This document shows, one piece after another, positions 48,395 through 57,311 of a stretch of 57,311 bases of DNA (the stretch's first letter is position 1; each line of letters starts with the position of its first letter). Source of the stretch: Candidatus Limnocylindria bacterium (lineage in GTDB: Bacteria > Chloroflexota > Limnocylindria > Limnocylindrales > CSP1-4). The stretch covers positions 1 through 57,311 of the forward strand of contig JBGPVC010000002.1 of NCBI GenBank assembly GCA_041491485.1, in the 5' to 3' direction. Below the pieces are notes generated by a model. That model did no database searches. It saw only the letters and a program-made list of their open reading frames with translations, and was not told the DNA's origin. The translations under genes and the position numbers were made by a program.

Positions 48395-49626
48395 TACGTG
48401 CTGACGGCTCGCGTGGCTGGCCGGCGCCGGCCGACTTCCCGGCACCGCCCGGCCAGGCGGAACGCCTGGCATGGGAGGTGGCGGACCGCGAGGCACGTCC
48501 CAGACGGGTTGGGCGGCTGCGAGGCCGCTTCGCTGACGCCGGCGTGGATGCGTACTTCGGCGTCCGGCGGGAGCACATGCGCTACCTGACGGGCTTCACG
48601 CTTGCCGACGGCGAGGAGAAGGTCGCCGGCCATTCGGGCCAATTCCTCGTCACCGGCGACGAGGTCGTGGTCCTGGCCGACTCCCGGTACACGATCCAGG
48701 CAGGTCGCGAAGCCCCGGACGCGCGCATCTTCAGCGCGTACAACGACCTGCCCACGCGCTGGCCCGAGCTCCTCTCCTCGACCGGGGTGCGCCGGGTCGC
48801 GGTCGAGGCCGGCTTCGTGTCGCAGGCCACCTGGAGCAGGCTCGCCGCCGCGGTCCCCGAGGTGGAGCTCATCCCGGTCGAGGGCTGGGTCGAGGCGGAC
48901 CGCGGGATCAAGGAGCCGGCCGAGCTCGAGCGGGTGGCGGCCGCCTGCGCCGTCGCCGACCGAGCCCTGGCCACAATGCTCCCCGAGATCCGGCCGGGGG
49001 TCACCGAATCCGAGATCGCCCTCCGGCTCGAATGGCTCATGCGGACCAGTGGCGCCGAGGCGCTGGCCTTCGACGTCGCCTGCCTGTCGGGCCCGGAGGC
49101 GGCGTTGCCGCACGGGTCGCCGGGCGACCGTCCCGTCCGGGACTGCAGCGTATTGCTGTTCGATTTCGGGGCGCAGGTCGCAGGCTATCGAAGCGACATG
49201 ACGCGGACGCTGTTCGTGGGGGAACCGTCCGAGCGCGACCTCGAGGTCTATGGACTCGTCTCCCGGGCGCAGGCGGCGGCGATCGAGCGCCTGGTCGCGG
49301 CGGTCGGTGCAGGCGAGTGGCCGCTGCCAAGTGGCCGCGCCATCGACGCGGCGGCCCGGGACGTGATCGAGGCGGCGGGCCACGGCGATCACTTCGGCCA
49401 CGGAACGGGGCACGGCATCGGCCTGGCAACGCACGAGTCGCCGTCGCTGGGCCGGTTCGCCCCGGATACGCCCCTGCCCAGCCCGACGGTCTTCTCGGTC
49501 GAGCCGGGTGTCTACCTCGAGGGCGAGATGGGCGTCCGGATCGAGGATCTCGTGACGCTCGACGCCGCTGCGCGTCGCGTGGAGCGCCTCACCCGCTTCC
49601 CGCGCGAGGTGCTCGTCGTCGGGTAA
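48391..49626 (+). CDS. Xaa-Pro aminopeptidase (M24B family)
   Basis: Creatinase-like N-domain plus the pita-bread metal ligands (LLFDFGAQVAGYRSDMTRT, HGTGHGIGLATHE, VEPGVYL..GVRIED). Confidence 0.85.
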   Translation: MIRADGSRGWPAPADFPAPPGQAERLAWEVADREARPRRVGRLRGRFADAGVDAYFGVRREHMRYLTGFTLADGEEKVAGHSGQFLVTGDEVVVLADSRYTIQAGREAPDARIFSAYNDLPTRWPELLSSTGVRRVAVEAGFVSQATWSRLAAAVPEVELIPVEGWVEADRGIKEPAELERVAAACAVADRALATMLPEIRPGVTESEIALRLEWLMRTSGAEALAFDVACLSGPEAALPHGSPGDRPVRDCSVLLFDFGAQVAGYRSDMTRTLFVGEPSERDLEVYGLVSRAQAAAIERLVAAVGAGEWPLPSGRAIDAAARDVIEAAGHGDHFGHGTGHGIGLATHESPSLGRFAPDTPLPSPTVFSVEPGVYLEGEMGVRIEDLVTLDAAARRVERLTRFPREVLVVG

Positions 49627-49727
49627 CCCGGGCGCAGTCGGGCGCGTACGGCGACCATGCCGGTTGGCACTCGATCGGCGATGGCGAACGGCTATCGTTC
49701 GATCGGTCACCAAGTCGGGAGGTGCTC

Positions 49728-49952
49728 ATGTTCGCCATACCCCGCCGCGTGGGGATCGCCATCGGTTCGCTCGTGGCTGCCTGCCTGGTCGTGGGGCTGG
49801 TCGGCGGAATCATCCTCTCGCTGTTCGGCCTCAACACGACGACCACCGCTGGCTCGGCGCAGTTCACGGGCGGCGTCGTCTTCACCCTGGTCGCCATCGT
49901 CCTCGGCGGCCTGATCTACCGAGACATCATCCGGCGCGATCGGCGACGCTGA
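49728..49952 (+). CDS. small two-TM membrane protein (74 aa)
   Basis: ATG preceded by GGGAGGTG. Two hydrophobic helices. Confidence 0.5.
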   Translation: MFAIPRRVGIAIGSLVAACLVVGLVGGIILSLFGLNTTTTAGSAQFTGGVVFTLVAIVLGGLIYRDIIRRDRRR

Positions 49953-50081
49953 GCCTCCAGTCCTGACGAGCCGAGGCCTCGCCGGTCGTCGGCTACAATC
50001 GCGATCCGACCCCACGATGGACGTCCCGGCGTACGCGTGTCACGAGACCGACCGGTCGCCGTCACCCAGGAGCCCACCCGC

Positions 50082-50639
50082 ATGATCAGCACCGGCGAAC
50101 TCAAGAAGGGCGTCGCCATCGAGCTCGACGGCGAGCTCTGGCAGATCCTCGACTACCACCACATCAAGATGGGCCGCGGCTCGGCACAGGTCCGGATCAC
50201 GCTCCGCAACATCAAGCGCGGCCAGACCGTGGAGCGATCGTTCCAGGCTGGCGCCAAGTGGCCGCGCGCCTCGATGGAGAAGCGCCCCGTCCAGTTCCTC
50301 TATCGCGACGACACGGACTATCACTTCATGGACACCGACACGTACGACCAGTTCGTCCTGAGCGCCGAGCAGCTCGGCGAGGCCGCGCCATACCTCAAAG
50401 ACGGGATGACCCTGGACCGGACCAGCTACCAGGGCGAGACGATCGGCGTCGAGCTGCCCGTCACCGTCGACCTGGCGGTGGTCGACACCGAGCCCGGGTT
50501 CGCCGGCGACACGCAGTCGGGCGCCCGCAAGCCCGCCACGCTCGAGACCGGGCTCGTCGTGCAGGTCCCGATCTTCGTGGGGCCCGGGGACACCATCCGG
50601 ATCGACACCCGGACCGGGGAATACCAGACGCGCGTCTGA
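50082..50639 (+). CDS. efp: elongation factor P
   Basis: 185 aa from ATG 50082 (AGGAG upstream). The tip loop reads HIKMGRGSAQ (Arg32). GDTQSGARKPATLETG near the C-terminus. Confidence 0.95.
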   Translation: MISTGELKKGVAIELDGELWQILDYHHIKMGRGSAQVRITLRNIKRGQTVERSFQAGAKWPRASMEKRPVQFLYRDDTDYHFMDTDTYDQFVLSAEQLGEAAPYLKDGMTLDRTSYQGETIGVELPVTVDLAVVDTEPGFAGDTQSGARKPATLETGLVVQVPIFVGPGDTIRIDTRTGEYQTRV

Positions 50640-50649
50640 GGCGCGGACG

Positions 50650-52152
50650 ATGCCTCGCGACGAGCCGCCGGACTGGGCGCTGCCGAGCTGGGACTCGCTC
50701 CCGACCGAGCCCGCCGCGACACCGCAGGCGTCGCCCAGCGGACCCGTCACGCCCGCCGGCCCCGTGACGGCTGCAACGCTGGGCGCGTTCGGCGTCCGGA
50801 TCCTCGGCGTCAGCGAGGTCACCCGCGCGATCCGCGGTGCCGTTCGCGCCGATGCCCGGTTGGCCGACCTGTGGGTCGAAGGCGAGATCGGTCGGGTCAC
50901 GGTCTCGTCGGCGGGCCATGCCTACTTCGCCCTGAAGGACGAGCGCAACCAGCTCCAGTGCGTCTGGTTCCGCGACGACCGCCTGCGCTCCGCCTTCGAG
51001 GCTCAAGCCGGGCTCCGTGTCGTGGCCCACGGCCGGATCGACCTGTTCGAGCCGCAGGGCGCGCTCCAGCTGTACGTGGACTCGATCCAGCCGTCCGGTC
51101 TAGGCGACCTCACCCTGCGGTTCGAGGCACTGAAGGCGCGGCTGGCCGGCGAAGGCCTGTTCGACGTCGCGCGGAAACGGCGCCTGCCGGAGCGACCCGC
51201 GACGATCGCGGTCGTGACCAGCCCGAGCGGGGCGGTCTGGAAGGACATCTGCCACGTCCTGGGCCGGCGCTGGCCGCTGAGTCGGGTCGTCCTGGTCGCC
51301 GCCCAGGTCCAGGGCGATGGCGCGCCGGCCAGCCTGGTCGCCGCGCTGCGCAAGGTCGAGCGCTACGCGGCCGAGCGAACCGCCGCGGGGCATCCCGACG
51401 AAGCTCCCGCCGTGACGATCCTGGCCCGCGGGGGCGGCTCGCTCGAGGACCTGTGGGCATTCAATGACGAGATCGTGGTCCGGGCCGTGGTGGCACACAT
51501 GCTGCCCGTGGTCTGCGGGGTGGGGCATGAGGCCGATGTGACGCTGGCCGACTTCGCGGCCGACGTCCGTGCCCCGACGCCGTCCGCGGCTGCAGAGATC
51601 GTGGTCCCCGATCGCCTGGAGGCGCTGGGCGGCGTCCGCGCCATGGGCCGACGGCTGGATGGATCGGCCTCGGCGACCGTTCGATCCGTCTCCCGGGAGG
51701 TGGCGGCCGAGCGCCGTGCCCTCGACCGGCTCGGCCCGGGAGCCCAGCTGGCGGCCGCACGCGAGCGCGCGGGGCTGCTCCTCGATCGGGCCACGCGCGC
51801 CATCAACGACCGCATCGTCGTCGAGCGGCAGACGGCCGCCCGGCTCGGTCCACGACTCGACTCGGTCCTGCCGGGCCGGCTCGCCCGGGCTCGGGCCCAG
51901 CTCGAACGGCACGAGCGGATCGACGGGTTGGTCGGCCGACGCGTCGCCGGGGCACGAGCCTCTCTCGACAGCGCCATCGCCGCGCTCGTCGTGCTGGGAC
52001 CGCAGGCGACGCTCGAGCGCGGCTACGCGATCGTGTGGCGGGCCCCGGATGGCCGCATCGTGCGCGATCCCGTCGAGGCCCCGCCGGGGACGCGGCTGAC
52101 CGTCCGGGTCGCCCGCGGCGACATCCCGGCCACGGCCGATCCGCATGCCTGA
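50650..52152 (+). CDS. xseA: exodeoxyribonuclease VII large subunit
   Basis: LWVEGEIGRVTVSSAGHAYFALKD, VVTSPSGAVWKD, ILARGGGSLEDLWAFNDE. Carries a Pro-rich ~45-aa N-terminal extension. Confidence 0.9.
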   Translation: MPRDEPPDWALPSWDSLPTEPAATPQASPSGPVTPAGPVTAATLGAFGVRILGVSEVTRAIRGAVRADARLADLWVEGEIGRVTVSSAGHAYFALKDERNQLQCVWFRDDRLRSAFEAQAGLRVVAHGRIDLFEPQGALQLYVDSIQPSGLGDLTLRFEALKARLAGEGLFDVARKRRLPERPATIAVVTSPSGAVWKDICHVLGRRWPLSRVVLVAAQVQGDGAPASLVAALRKVERYAAERTAAGHPDEAPAVTILARGGGSLEDLWAFNDEIVVRAVVAHMLPVVCGVGHEADVTLADFAADVRAPTPSAAAEIVVPDRLEALGGVRAMGRRLDGSASATVRSVSREVAAERRALDRLGPGAQLAAARERAGLLLDRATRAINDRIVVERQTAARLGPRLDSVLPGRLARARAQLERHERIDGLVGRRVAGARASLDSAIAALVVLGPQATLERGYAIVWRAPDGRIVRDPVEAPPGTRLTVRVARGDIPATADPHA

Positions 52153-52282
52153 GGTGATCGTGTTCCTCGGCCTGGTCGCGATCGTGGCGGTCGTGGCGAT
52201 CCGGCTTGGTATGCTCGTCGCCCCGCGCCTCGACCGGATGACCGAACCGCACGATGAGGACGATGGTGGCGACACCGACTGA
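52145..52282 (+). CDS. candidate 45-aa single-TM micro-protein bridging xseA and xseB
   Basis: Not in the ORF track because it is under 60 aa. MPEVIVFLGLVAIVAVVAIRLGMLVAP followed by an acidic tail. About 85% G/C at third positions. Overlaps the xseA stop by 8 nt and the xseB start by 29 nt. Confidence 0.35.
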   Translation: MPEVIVFLGLVAIVAVVAIRLGMLVAPRLDRMTEPHDEDDGGDTD

Positions 52283-52544
52283 TCCCGCGATCGACGCCCT
52301 GAGCTTCGACGACGCCCTGGCCGAGCTCCAGCGGACCGTCGCCGAGCTCGAGGCCGGCGGGCAGCCGCTCGAGGGGGCGATCGCGCTGTACGAGCGCGGC
52401 GTCGCCCTGCAGGCCCGCTGCGAGAAGCTGCTCGGGGATGCGGAGCTGCGCGTCCAGCAGCTCGTGGCGCGCGCCGGTGGCGCGATCGAGACCCGCGACG
52501 TCCGACCCGAGGACGCGACCGACGAGGCGGCGCCCGGGAGCTAG
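52254..52544 (+). CDS. xseB: exodeoxyribonuclease VII small subunit
   Basis: LSFDDALAELQRTVAELEAGGQPLEGAIALYERGVALQARCEKLL. Confidence 0.85.
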   Translation: MRTMVATPTDPAIDALSFDDALAELQRTVAELEAGGQPLEGAIALYERGVALQARCEKLLGDAELRVQQLVARAGGAIETRDVRPEDATDEAAPGS

Positions 52545-52769
52545 GCGATCTCGGTCGCGTCGCCCGCCGTTGGCGTTCCCGGCGGCACGCTGCCTCCAGC
52601 CAGCTCGGCCCGAAAAACGAGCGACCTGCAGGGATCAGGTTTACACTCTGCGCTGCCGAGCGTACCGACGCATCCCGGCGGCCACCGAGCATCACACGTG
52701 GACCGATCCAGACGTCAGCGCGACCGAACCCGGCGGTCTCCAGCCGGCCGATCCAGGAGCCTTTCCCGC

Positions 52770-54776
52770 GTGCCGATCCTTCCGACGATCCAGGGGCCAG
52801 CCGACCTGCGCGGTCTGAACGAGGTCCAGCTGGCGCAGCTGGCACTGGAGATCCGGGAGACGATCATCCGAACCGTGGCACATACCGGTGGCCACCTTGG
52901 ATCCTCGCTCGGCGTCGTGGAGTTGACGATCGCCCTGCACCGGCTGCTCGAGTCACCTCGGGACCGAATCGTCTGGGACACGGGTCACCAGGCCTACCCG
53001 CACAAGCTGCTGACCGGTCGCCTCGAGGCGTTCGGCACGCTCCGCCAGCTCGAAGGCGTGGGCGGGTTTCCGCGGCGGTCGGAATCGCCCCATGACGTGT
53101 TCGATGGCGGCCATGCCGGCACCGGCCTGTCGATCGCCGAGGGTCTCGCGGAAGCGCGCGACCTGCGCCATGGTCTCGAGCGGATCGCGGTCGTGGTCGG
53201 TGACGCGGCGTTGATGAGCGGGCTGTCGCTCGAGGCACTCAACGACATTGGCCACCGCCAGACCCAGATGCTCATCGTCGTCAACGACAACGAGATGTCG
53301 ATCAGCCCGACGGTCGGCGCGTTCTCCAAGTACCTGTCGCAGATCAAGCTGTCGGGTGCCTGGCGCCAGGGCAAGAGCGCCTACGACCGGAACGTGGAAC
53401 GGATCCCGATCATCGGCGGGACCGTCCTCGAGCTCAGCAAGCGCGTCCGCCGGATGGTCGTCCAGTTCGCCCAGCCCGGCCAGCTGTTCGAGGACCTCGG
53501 CATCACCTACATCGGCGCCGTCCCGGGCCACGACCTGCACGCGCTCCTCGCCACCCTGGATCGCGCCCTCGACCTGCCCGGGCCGACGATCGTCCACGTC
53601 CGGACGCAGAAGGGCCGGGGGTTCCGTCCCGCCGAGACGGACCAGGTCGGCTTCCACGGCGCCGCGCTCCCACCGATGACCATGACCCCGGGCGTGGACG
53701 CCTACAACGGGACCAAGGCGGCGATGCCAACGGAGTCCATGTCGGACGACGCGGCGCCGCCGGCGCGGATCGTCGCCTCGCCGGCAAAGCTGCCGAACTA
53801 CACCGCCGTCTTCGCCGCCGAGCTGGTCGAGCTGGCCAGGCACGACCGGCGGATCGTGGCGATCACGGCGGGCATGCCGACCGGCACCGGGATGGCCAGG
53901 TTCCAGGCCAACTTCCCGGACCGGTTCTTCGACGTCGGGATCGCCGAGCAGCACTCCGTGACGCTGGCGACCGGCCTGGCCATGGGTGGGATGCGGCCGG
54001 TCGTGGCGCTCTACTCCACGTTCCTCCAGCGCGCGTTCGACCAGACCGTTCACGACGTCTGCCAGAATGACCAGCCGGTCGTCATCGCCGTCGACCGGGC
54101 GGGACTGGTCGGCGAGGACGGGACCAGCCACCAGGGGATGTTCACCCTGACGGCCCAGCGCCAGCTGCCGAACCTCGTCGTCGCGTCACCCAAGGACGAG
54201 CAGGAACTCCGATCGCTCCTGCACACCGCGCTCGGCCAGGATCATCCGTTCGCGCTGCACTATCCGCGCGACGCCGGCTTTGGGCTGGCACCCGTCACAC
54301 CGGCACCCATCCCGGTCGGGCGCGGCGAGGTCCTGCGCGAGGGTCGCGACCTGCTGTTCGTCGCCTTCGGCCCGATCGTGGCCCGGGCCGTCGAGGCGGC
54401 CACGGCCCTGGAAGGGGAGGGTTGGTCGGTGGGGGTCATCAATGCCCGGTTTGCCAGGCCCCTGGACCGTCAGCTGATCCTCGATCAGGCCCGCGGCAAG
54501 CGGCTGGTCGTGACGTTCGAGGAGAGCGTGGTCACGGGCGGGTTTGGCAGTGGCGTTCTGGACCTGCTGGAGGAGGCGAGACTGGCCGATCCCGCGTACC
54601 GCGACGTCGCGCTCCGCATCGTCGGGATTCCCGGGGACCGGTTTGTCGATCATGGGTCGGTCTCTGATCTTCGACGCGTGCTCCGGCTGGACGCGCCTGG
54701 GCTCGCGGAACAGGTGCGCGAAACGCTCACGGCACTCCGGGCGACGCCCGGTCGCTCAGAGGTGCCGGCCGGCTGA
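52770..54776 (+). CDS. dxs: 1-deoxy-D-xylulose-5-phosphate synthase
   Basis: GGHLGSSLGVVELTIALH, DTGHQAYPHKLLTGR, GDAALMSGLSLEALN, FDVGIAEQH. GTG 52770. Confidence 0.95.
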   Translation: MPILPTIQGPADLRGLNEVQLAQLALEIRETIIRTVAHTGGHLGSSLGVVELTIALHRLLESPRDRIVWDTGHQAYPHKLLTGRLEAFGTLRQLEGVGGFPRRSESPHDVFDGGHAGTGLSIAEGLAEARDLRHGLERIAVVVGDAALMSGLSLEALNDIGHRQTQMLIVVNDNEMSISPTVGAFSKYLSQIKLSGAWRQGKSAYDRNVERIPIIGGTVLELSKRVRRMVVQFAQPGQLFEDLGITYIGAVPGHDLHALLATLDRALDLPGPTIVHVRTQKGRGFRPAETDQVGFHGAALPPMTMTPGVDAYNGTKAAMPTESMSDDAAPPARIVASPAKLPNYTAVFAAELVELARHDRRIVAITAGMPTGTGMARFQANFPDRFFDVGIAEQHSVTLATGLAMGGMRPVVALYSTFLQRAFDQTVHDVCQNDQPVVIAVDRAGLVGEDGTSHQGMFTLTAQRQLPNLVVASPKDEQELRSLLHTALGQDHPFALHYPRDAGFGLAPVTPAPIPVGRGEVLREGRDLLFVAFGPIVARAVEAATALEGEGWSVGVINARFARPLDRQLILDQARGKRLVVTFEESVVTGGFGSGVLDLLEEARLADPAYRDVALRIVGIPGDRFVDHGSVSDLRRVLRLDAPGLAEQVRETLTALRATPGRSEVPAG

Positions 54777-55099
54777 CGCCGGATCGGCCCGAGGTCGCAG
54801 CGGGCTGACGCGGGACGTGCCGCCAGGCATTCCTGTGGTCTAGCCGTTTCTGCGTGCGCCTTCGGCCCAGACTCGCGACTGACAGTCGACGCCAGGTCGT
54901 GGAGAGCTGACCGACGCGCCGCCCGGACGGCGCTTGGCCAGTTTCCGCGAGCACTAGTCGCGTTTACTCGACAAGCGTCGCCTGGGTAGGACGCTACGTT
55001 GGTGGCGTCGCCTGGCAGTCGCACCTTGGCGGCGCATCCGGTCCGCCCGCCCCGCCCCGCGCGACCCGCCCGATCCGGTCGGACAAGGGAGCCACGAGC

Positions 55100-55873
55100 C
55101 TAACGACGCAGCTCGACCCCGCGCGGCGGAAACCGCATGAGGTGCGCCCCGCCTCGCTCGACCTGGGACCAGATGATGCCCGGACCGGGCCAGGGCGCCG
55201 TTGGCGAGGTGAGGGCGTCGTGAATGTCCGCCGTCCGGGCTGGGTAGGCGGCACCGAGCGTCGCGGCAAAGACACGGGCGAGCTCGCGTGTCGCTATCGT
55301 CGACCGCAGGATGAGCAACCGTGAGACGACGACGGGCTGCTCCAGACCGGGTTGGGTCGCGCTCCCGAGGCGGTGCGCGAGGGCATCGGCCTTCTCGGAC
55401 GCCCAGCGGATCTGTTGCTCCAGCCGCCGGACCTCCGACTGTGCCTCCGCGGCGACGGTGACCGAGCTCAAGCGGTCCGTGAGGACGACGTCGATGACGC
55501 CCCGGGCGGGCTGATTGACTGGGACCTCGAGGTCAACCCTCCAGCGAGGGTCCAGACACCGGATACACGCCTCGACCATCGCCGCCTGGAACCGGTCTTG
55601 AAGTCGTGGTCCGGAACCCGCGAAGTAGCGAATGCTCAGATCGGCTCCCAGCGCCACCCCGAGTGCTGTCAGTACCTCCAGGCTTGGGTGGGCTTGACCG
55701 GCTTCGATCCTGGCGATATGGGAGCGATGCACACCGACCACAGCTGCAAGAGCGCTCAGCGAGACGCCCGCTTCGCTGCGCAGTCGCCGCACCTCCTCCC
55801 CGATCCAAAGGTGCACCTGCCGCATCCGCCTCGCCGTCTCGCGAGTCACCGATGTCCGGGAAACGGTCATCAC
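55100..55873 (-). CDS. XRE-family HTH protein with a possible PD-(D/E)xK-like C-terminal domain
   Basis: HTH (LRSEAGVSLSALAAVVGVHRSHIARIEAGQAHPSLEVL). The C-terminal region has a GVIDVVL...VAAEAQSE pattern. This is the only minus-strand gene in the xseA-nadK block. Confidence 0.65.
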   Translation of the reverse strand: MMTVSRTSVTRETARRMRQVHLWIGEEVRRLRSEAGVSLSALAAVVGVHRSHIARIEAGQAHPSLEVLTALGVALGADLSIRYFAGSGPRLQDRFQAAMVEACIRCLDPRWRVDLEVPVNQPARGVIDVVLTDRLSSVTVAAEAQSEVRRLEQQIRWASEKADALAHRLGSATQPGLEQPVVVSRLLILRSTIATRELARVFAATLGAAYPARTADIHDALTSPTAPWPGPGIIWSQVERGGAHLMRFPPRGVELRR

Positions 55874-56078
55874 GCGGATGAAAGCAGGTCGCCCTTATCG
55901 ATGGCTTTGCTGGCGGCGGGCGTCGACGATGGAACAGGGCGCCGCGCCACCCGAAATTGCCGCGACGGCCAGCAGCGAGGACTCCGCCAGCGCGAATGGC
56001 CGGTCCCGCCAGGTCACGGTCGGAGCCTTCACTGGATCAGGTGAGCCCGGGTGCAGGCCACTGTGCCACGATAGACGG

Positions 56079-56891
56079 GTGAGCCCAGCATCCGCCGCCA
56101 GGTCTCCTCGAATCAGACTGGATCAGCTGCTGGTCGAGCGCGGCCTGGCCGAGTCGCGCACACGAGCCCAGGCGCTGGTCCTGGCCGGCAAGGTCGGGGT
56201 GGGGGAGGGCGACGCGGCTCGCCACGACCGCAAGCCCGGCGACCTGGTGGCAGCCGATGTTCCGATCGATGTCACTGGACCCGATCCGTATGTCAGCCGC
56301 GGCGGCCACAAGCTTGCCGCCGCGCTCGACGCTTTCGGGATCGACCCGGCCGGCTTCGTCTGCCTCGACGTCGGGTCGTCGACCGGGGGCTTCACCGACG
56401 TCCTGTTGCAGCGTGGCGCGACGCGGGTCTACGCTCTCGACGTGGGCCGCGGGCAACTGGCCGAACCGCTGCGCCGCGACCCCCGGGTCGTGTCGATGGA
56501 GCGAACGAACGCCCGGCATCTGACGGCGTCCAGCCTGCCGGAGCCGATCGCGCTGGCCACGATCGACGTCTCGTTCATCTCGCTCGATCTCGTGCTCGGG
56601 CCGGTCGCCTCGACGCTGGCGCCGGGCGGACAGATCGTCGCCCTCGTCAAGCCGCAGTTCGAGGCCGGCCGCGGCCGAACGGATCACGGCGTCGTCCGCG
56701 ATCCGGCGGTCCACCGCGAGGTGCTCGAGCGGATCGTCGGAGCGGCGAGCGGGCTTCGCATCGGGACGCGCGCCGTGATCCAGTCACCGCTCACCGGTCC
56801 CGAAGGCAATCGCGAGTTCCTCGCGCAGCTGGCACCCGGTCCGGGCTGCGCGGAGATCGGCGATCGGATCGCCGAGGCGACCGGCGCATGA
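56079..56891 (+). CDS. tlyA: TlyA-family rRNA (cytidine-2'-O)-methyltransferase
   Basis: S4-like RLDQLLVERGLAESRTRAQALVLAGKV. SAM motif CLDVGSSTGGFTDVLLQRGA. GTG 56079. Confidence 0.85.
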   Translation: MSPASAARSPRIRLDQLLVERGLAESRTRAQALVLAGKVGVGEGDAARHDRKPGDLVAADVPIDVTGPDPYVSRGGHKLAAALDAFGIDPAGFVCLDVGSSTGGFTDVLLQRGATRVYALDVGRGQLAEPLRRDPRVVSMERTNARHLTASSLPEPIALATIDVSFISLDLVLGPVASTLAPGGQIVALVKPQFEAGRGRTDHGVVRDPAVHREVLERIVGAASGLRIGTRAVIQSPLTGPEGNREFLAQLAPGPGCAEIGDRIAEATGA

Positions 56892-57311
56892 CGATCGCCC
56901 GGATCGGCTTCGCCTACAACCCGACATTCGAGGCGGCCGTCGAGCTCAGCGCTCGGGCGGCCGGGTGGTGCCAGCTGCGCGGGATCGACGAGTGGCAGGC
57001 GCCGTCGGGTGAGACCGAGGCGCTCGTTCGTCAGCTACCGTCGACCGACGCGCTCGTCGTGCTTGGCGGCGACGGCACGTTCCTGCGCGCCGCGCGGGCC
57101 GTGTCGGAGGTGGACGTGCCGCTGATCGGCGTCAACCTCGGCAAGATCGGGTTCCTGTCGAAGGCGGAGGCGGGCGAGCTCGAGGACGTCCTCGAGCGGA
57201 TCGTCGCGGGCGATTACCGGATCGACGAACGGCTCGCCATCGAAGGACGGGTGCTGTCCGGCGGAGTGACCGCCGACGAGGCAACCGCCCAGCGCCATTT
57301 CGCGCTCAACG
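56888..57311 (+). CDS. nadK: NAD kinase (5' part, runs off the window)
   Basis: VVLGGDGTFLRAARAV...PLIGVNLGKIGFL. ATGA overlap with the tlyA stop. The frame stays open to the window end. Confidence 0.85.
   Translation, partial: MTIARIGFAYNPTFEAAVELSARAAGWCQLRGIDEWQAPSGETEALVRQLPSTDALVVLGGDGTFLRAARAVSEVDVPLIGVNLGKIGFLSKAEAGELEDVLERIVAGDYRIDERLAIEGRVLSGGVTADEATAQRHFALN

Noticed and set aside
52545-52769. 225-nt dxs leader considered as a TPP or other riboswitch
   Set aside because: I could not find the conserved TPP-element cores (CUGAGA, ACCUGAUCUGGAUAAUGCCAGCG) or any other riboswitch signature by eye. Only a weak TTTACA-17-TACCGA promoter-like pair is present. It needs an Infernal scan before any claim.

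Overview
High-GC (roughly 70%) bacterial chromosomal window, densely coding and mostly on the + strand. The backbone keeps a conserved housekeeping synteny that I recognise from Firmicutes and Actinobacteria: (comM)-dprA-topA-xerC, relA-hisS-aspS, iscS-mnmA, alaS-ruvX-mltG, pepP-efp, and xseA-xseB-dxs-tlyA-nadK. Sixteen gene junctions are 4-nt NTGA start/stop overlaps. I found no rRNA, tRNA, CRISPR array, transposase or island-type integrase. The unusual material lies in blocks that interrupt this backbone. (1) The left ~10 kb is accessory DNA: a cupin/TetR pair, a LAL-type LuxR regulator, and a set of ORFans around a ParB-DNA-methyltransferase fusion and a second ParB/Srx-like gene. It ends against a comM gene that retains only its 3' ~160 codons. 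(2) An actin-fold (FtsA/PilM-like) ATPase and a 571-aa bitopic membrane protein are wedged between alaS and ruvX. This is my best candidate for an uncharacterised system. (3) topA-xerC-murJ-femX-femX-murE is joined by consecutive 4-nt overlaps, and topA carries an apparent +1 frameshift. (4) A small accessory islet sits between hisS and aspS (methyltransferase relic, YciI, ArsR/SRPBCC, HAD, two-domain blue copper protein). (5) An XRE-HTH gene with a nuclease-like C-terminus, plus 320 nt of repeat-bearing non-coding DNA, lies between dxs and tlyA. All functional calls come from motifs read by eye in the ORF translations and were not checked against any database. The many long antisense ORFs are high-GC artefacts.
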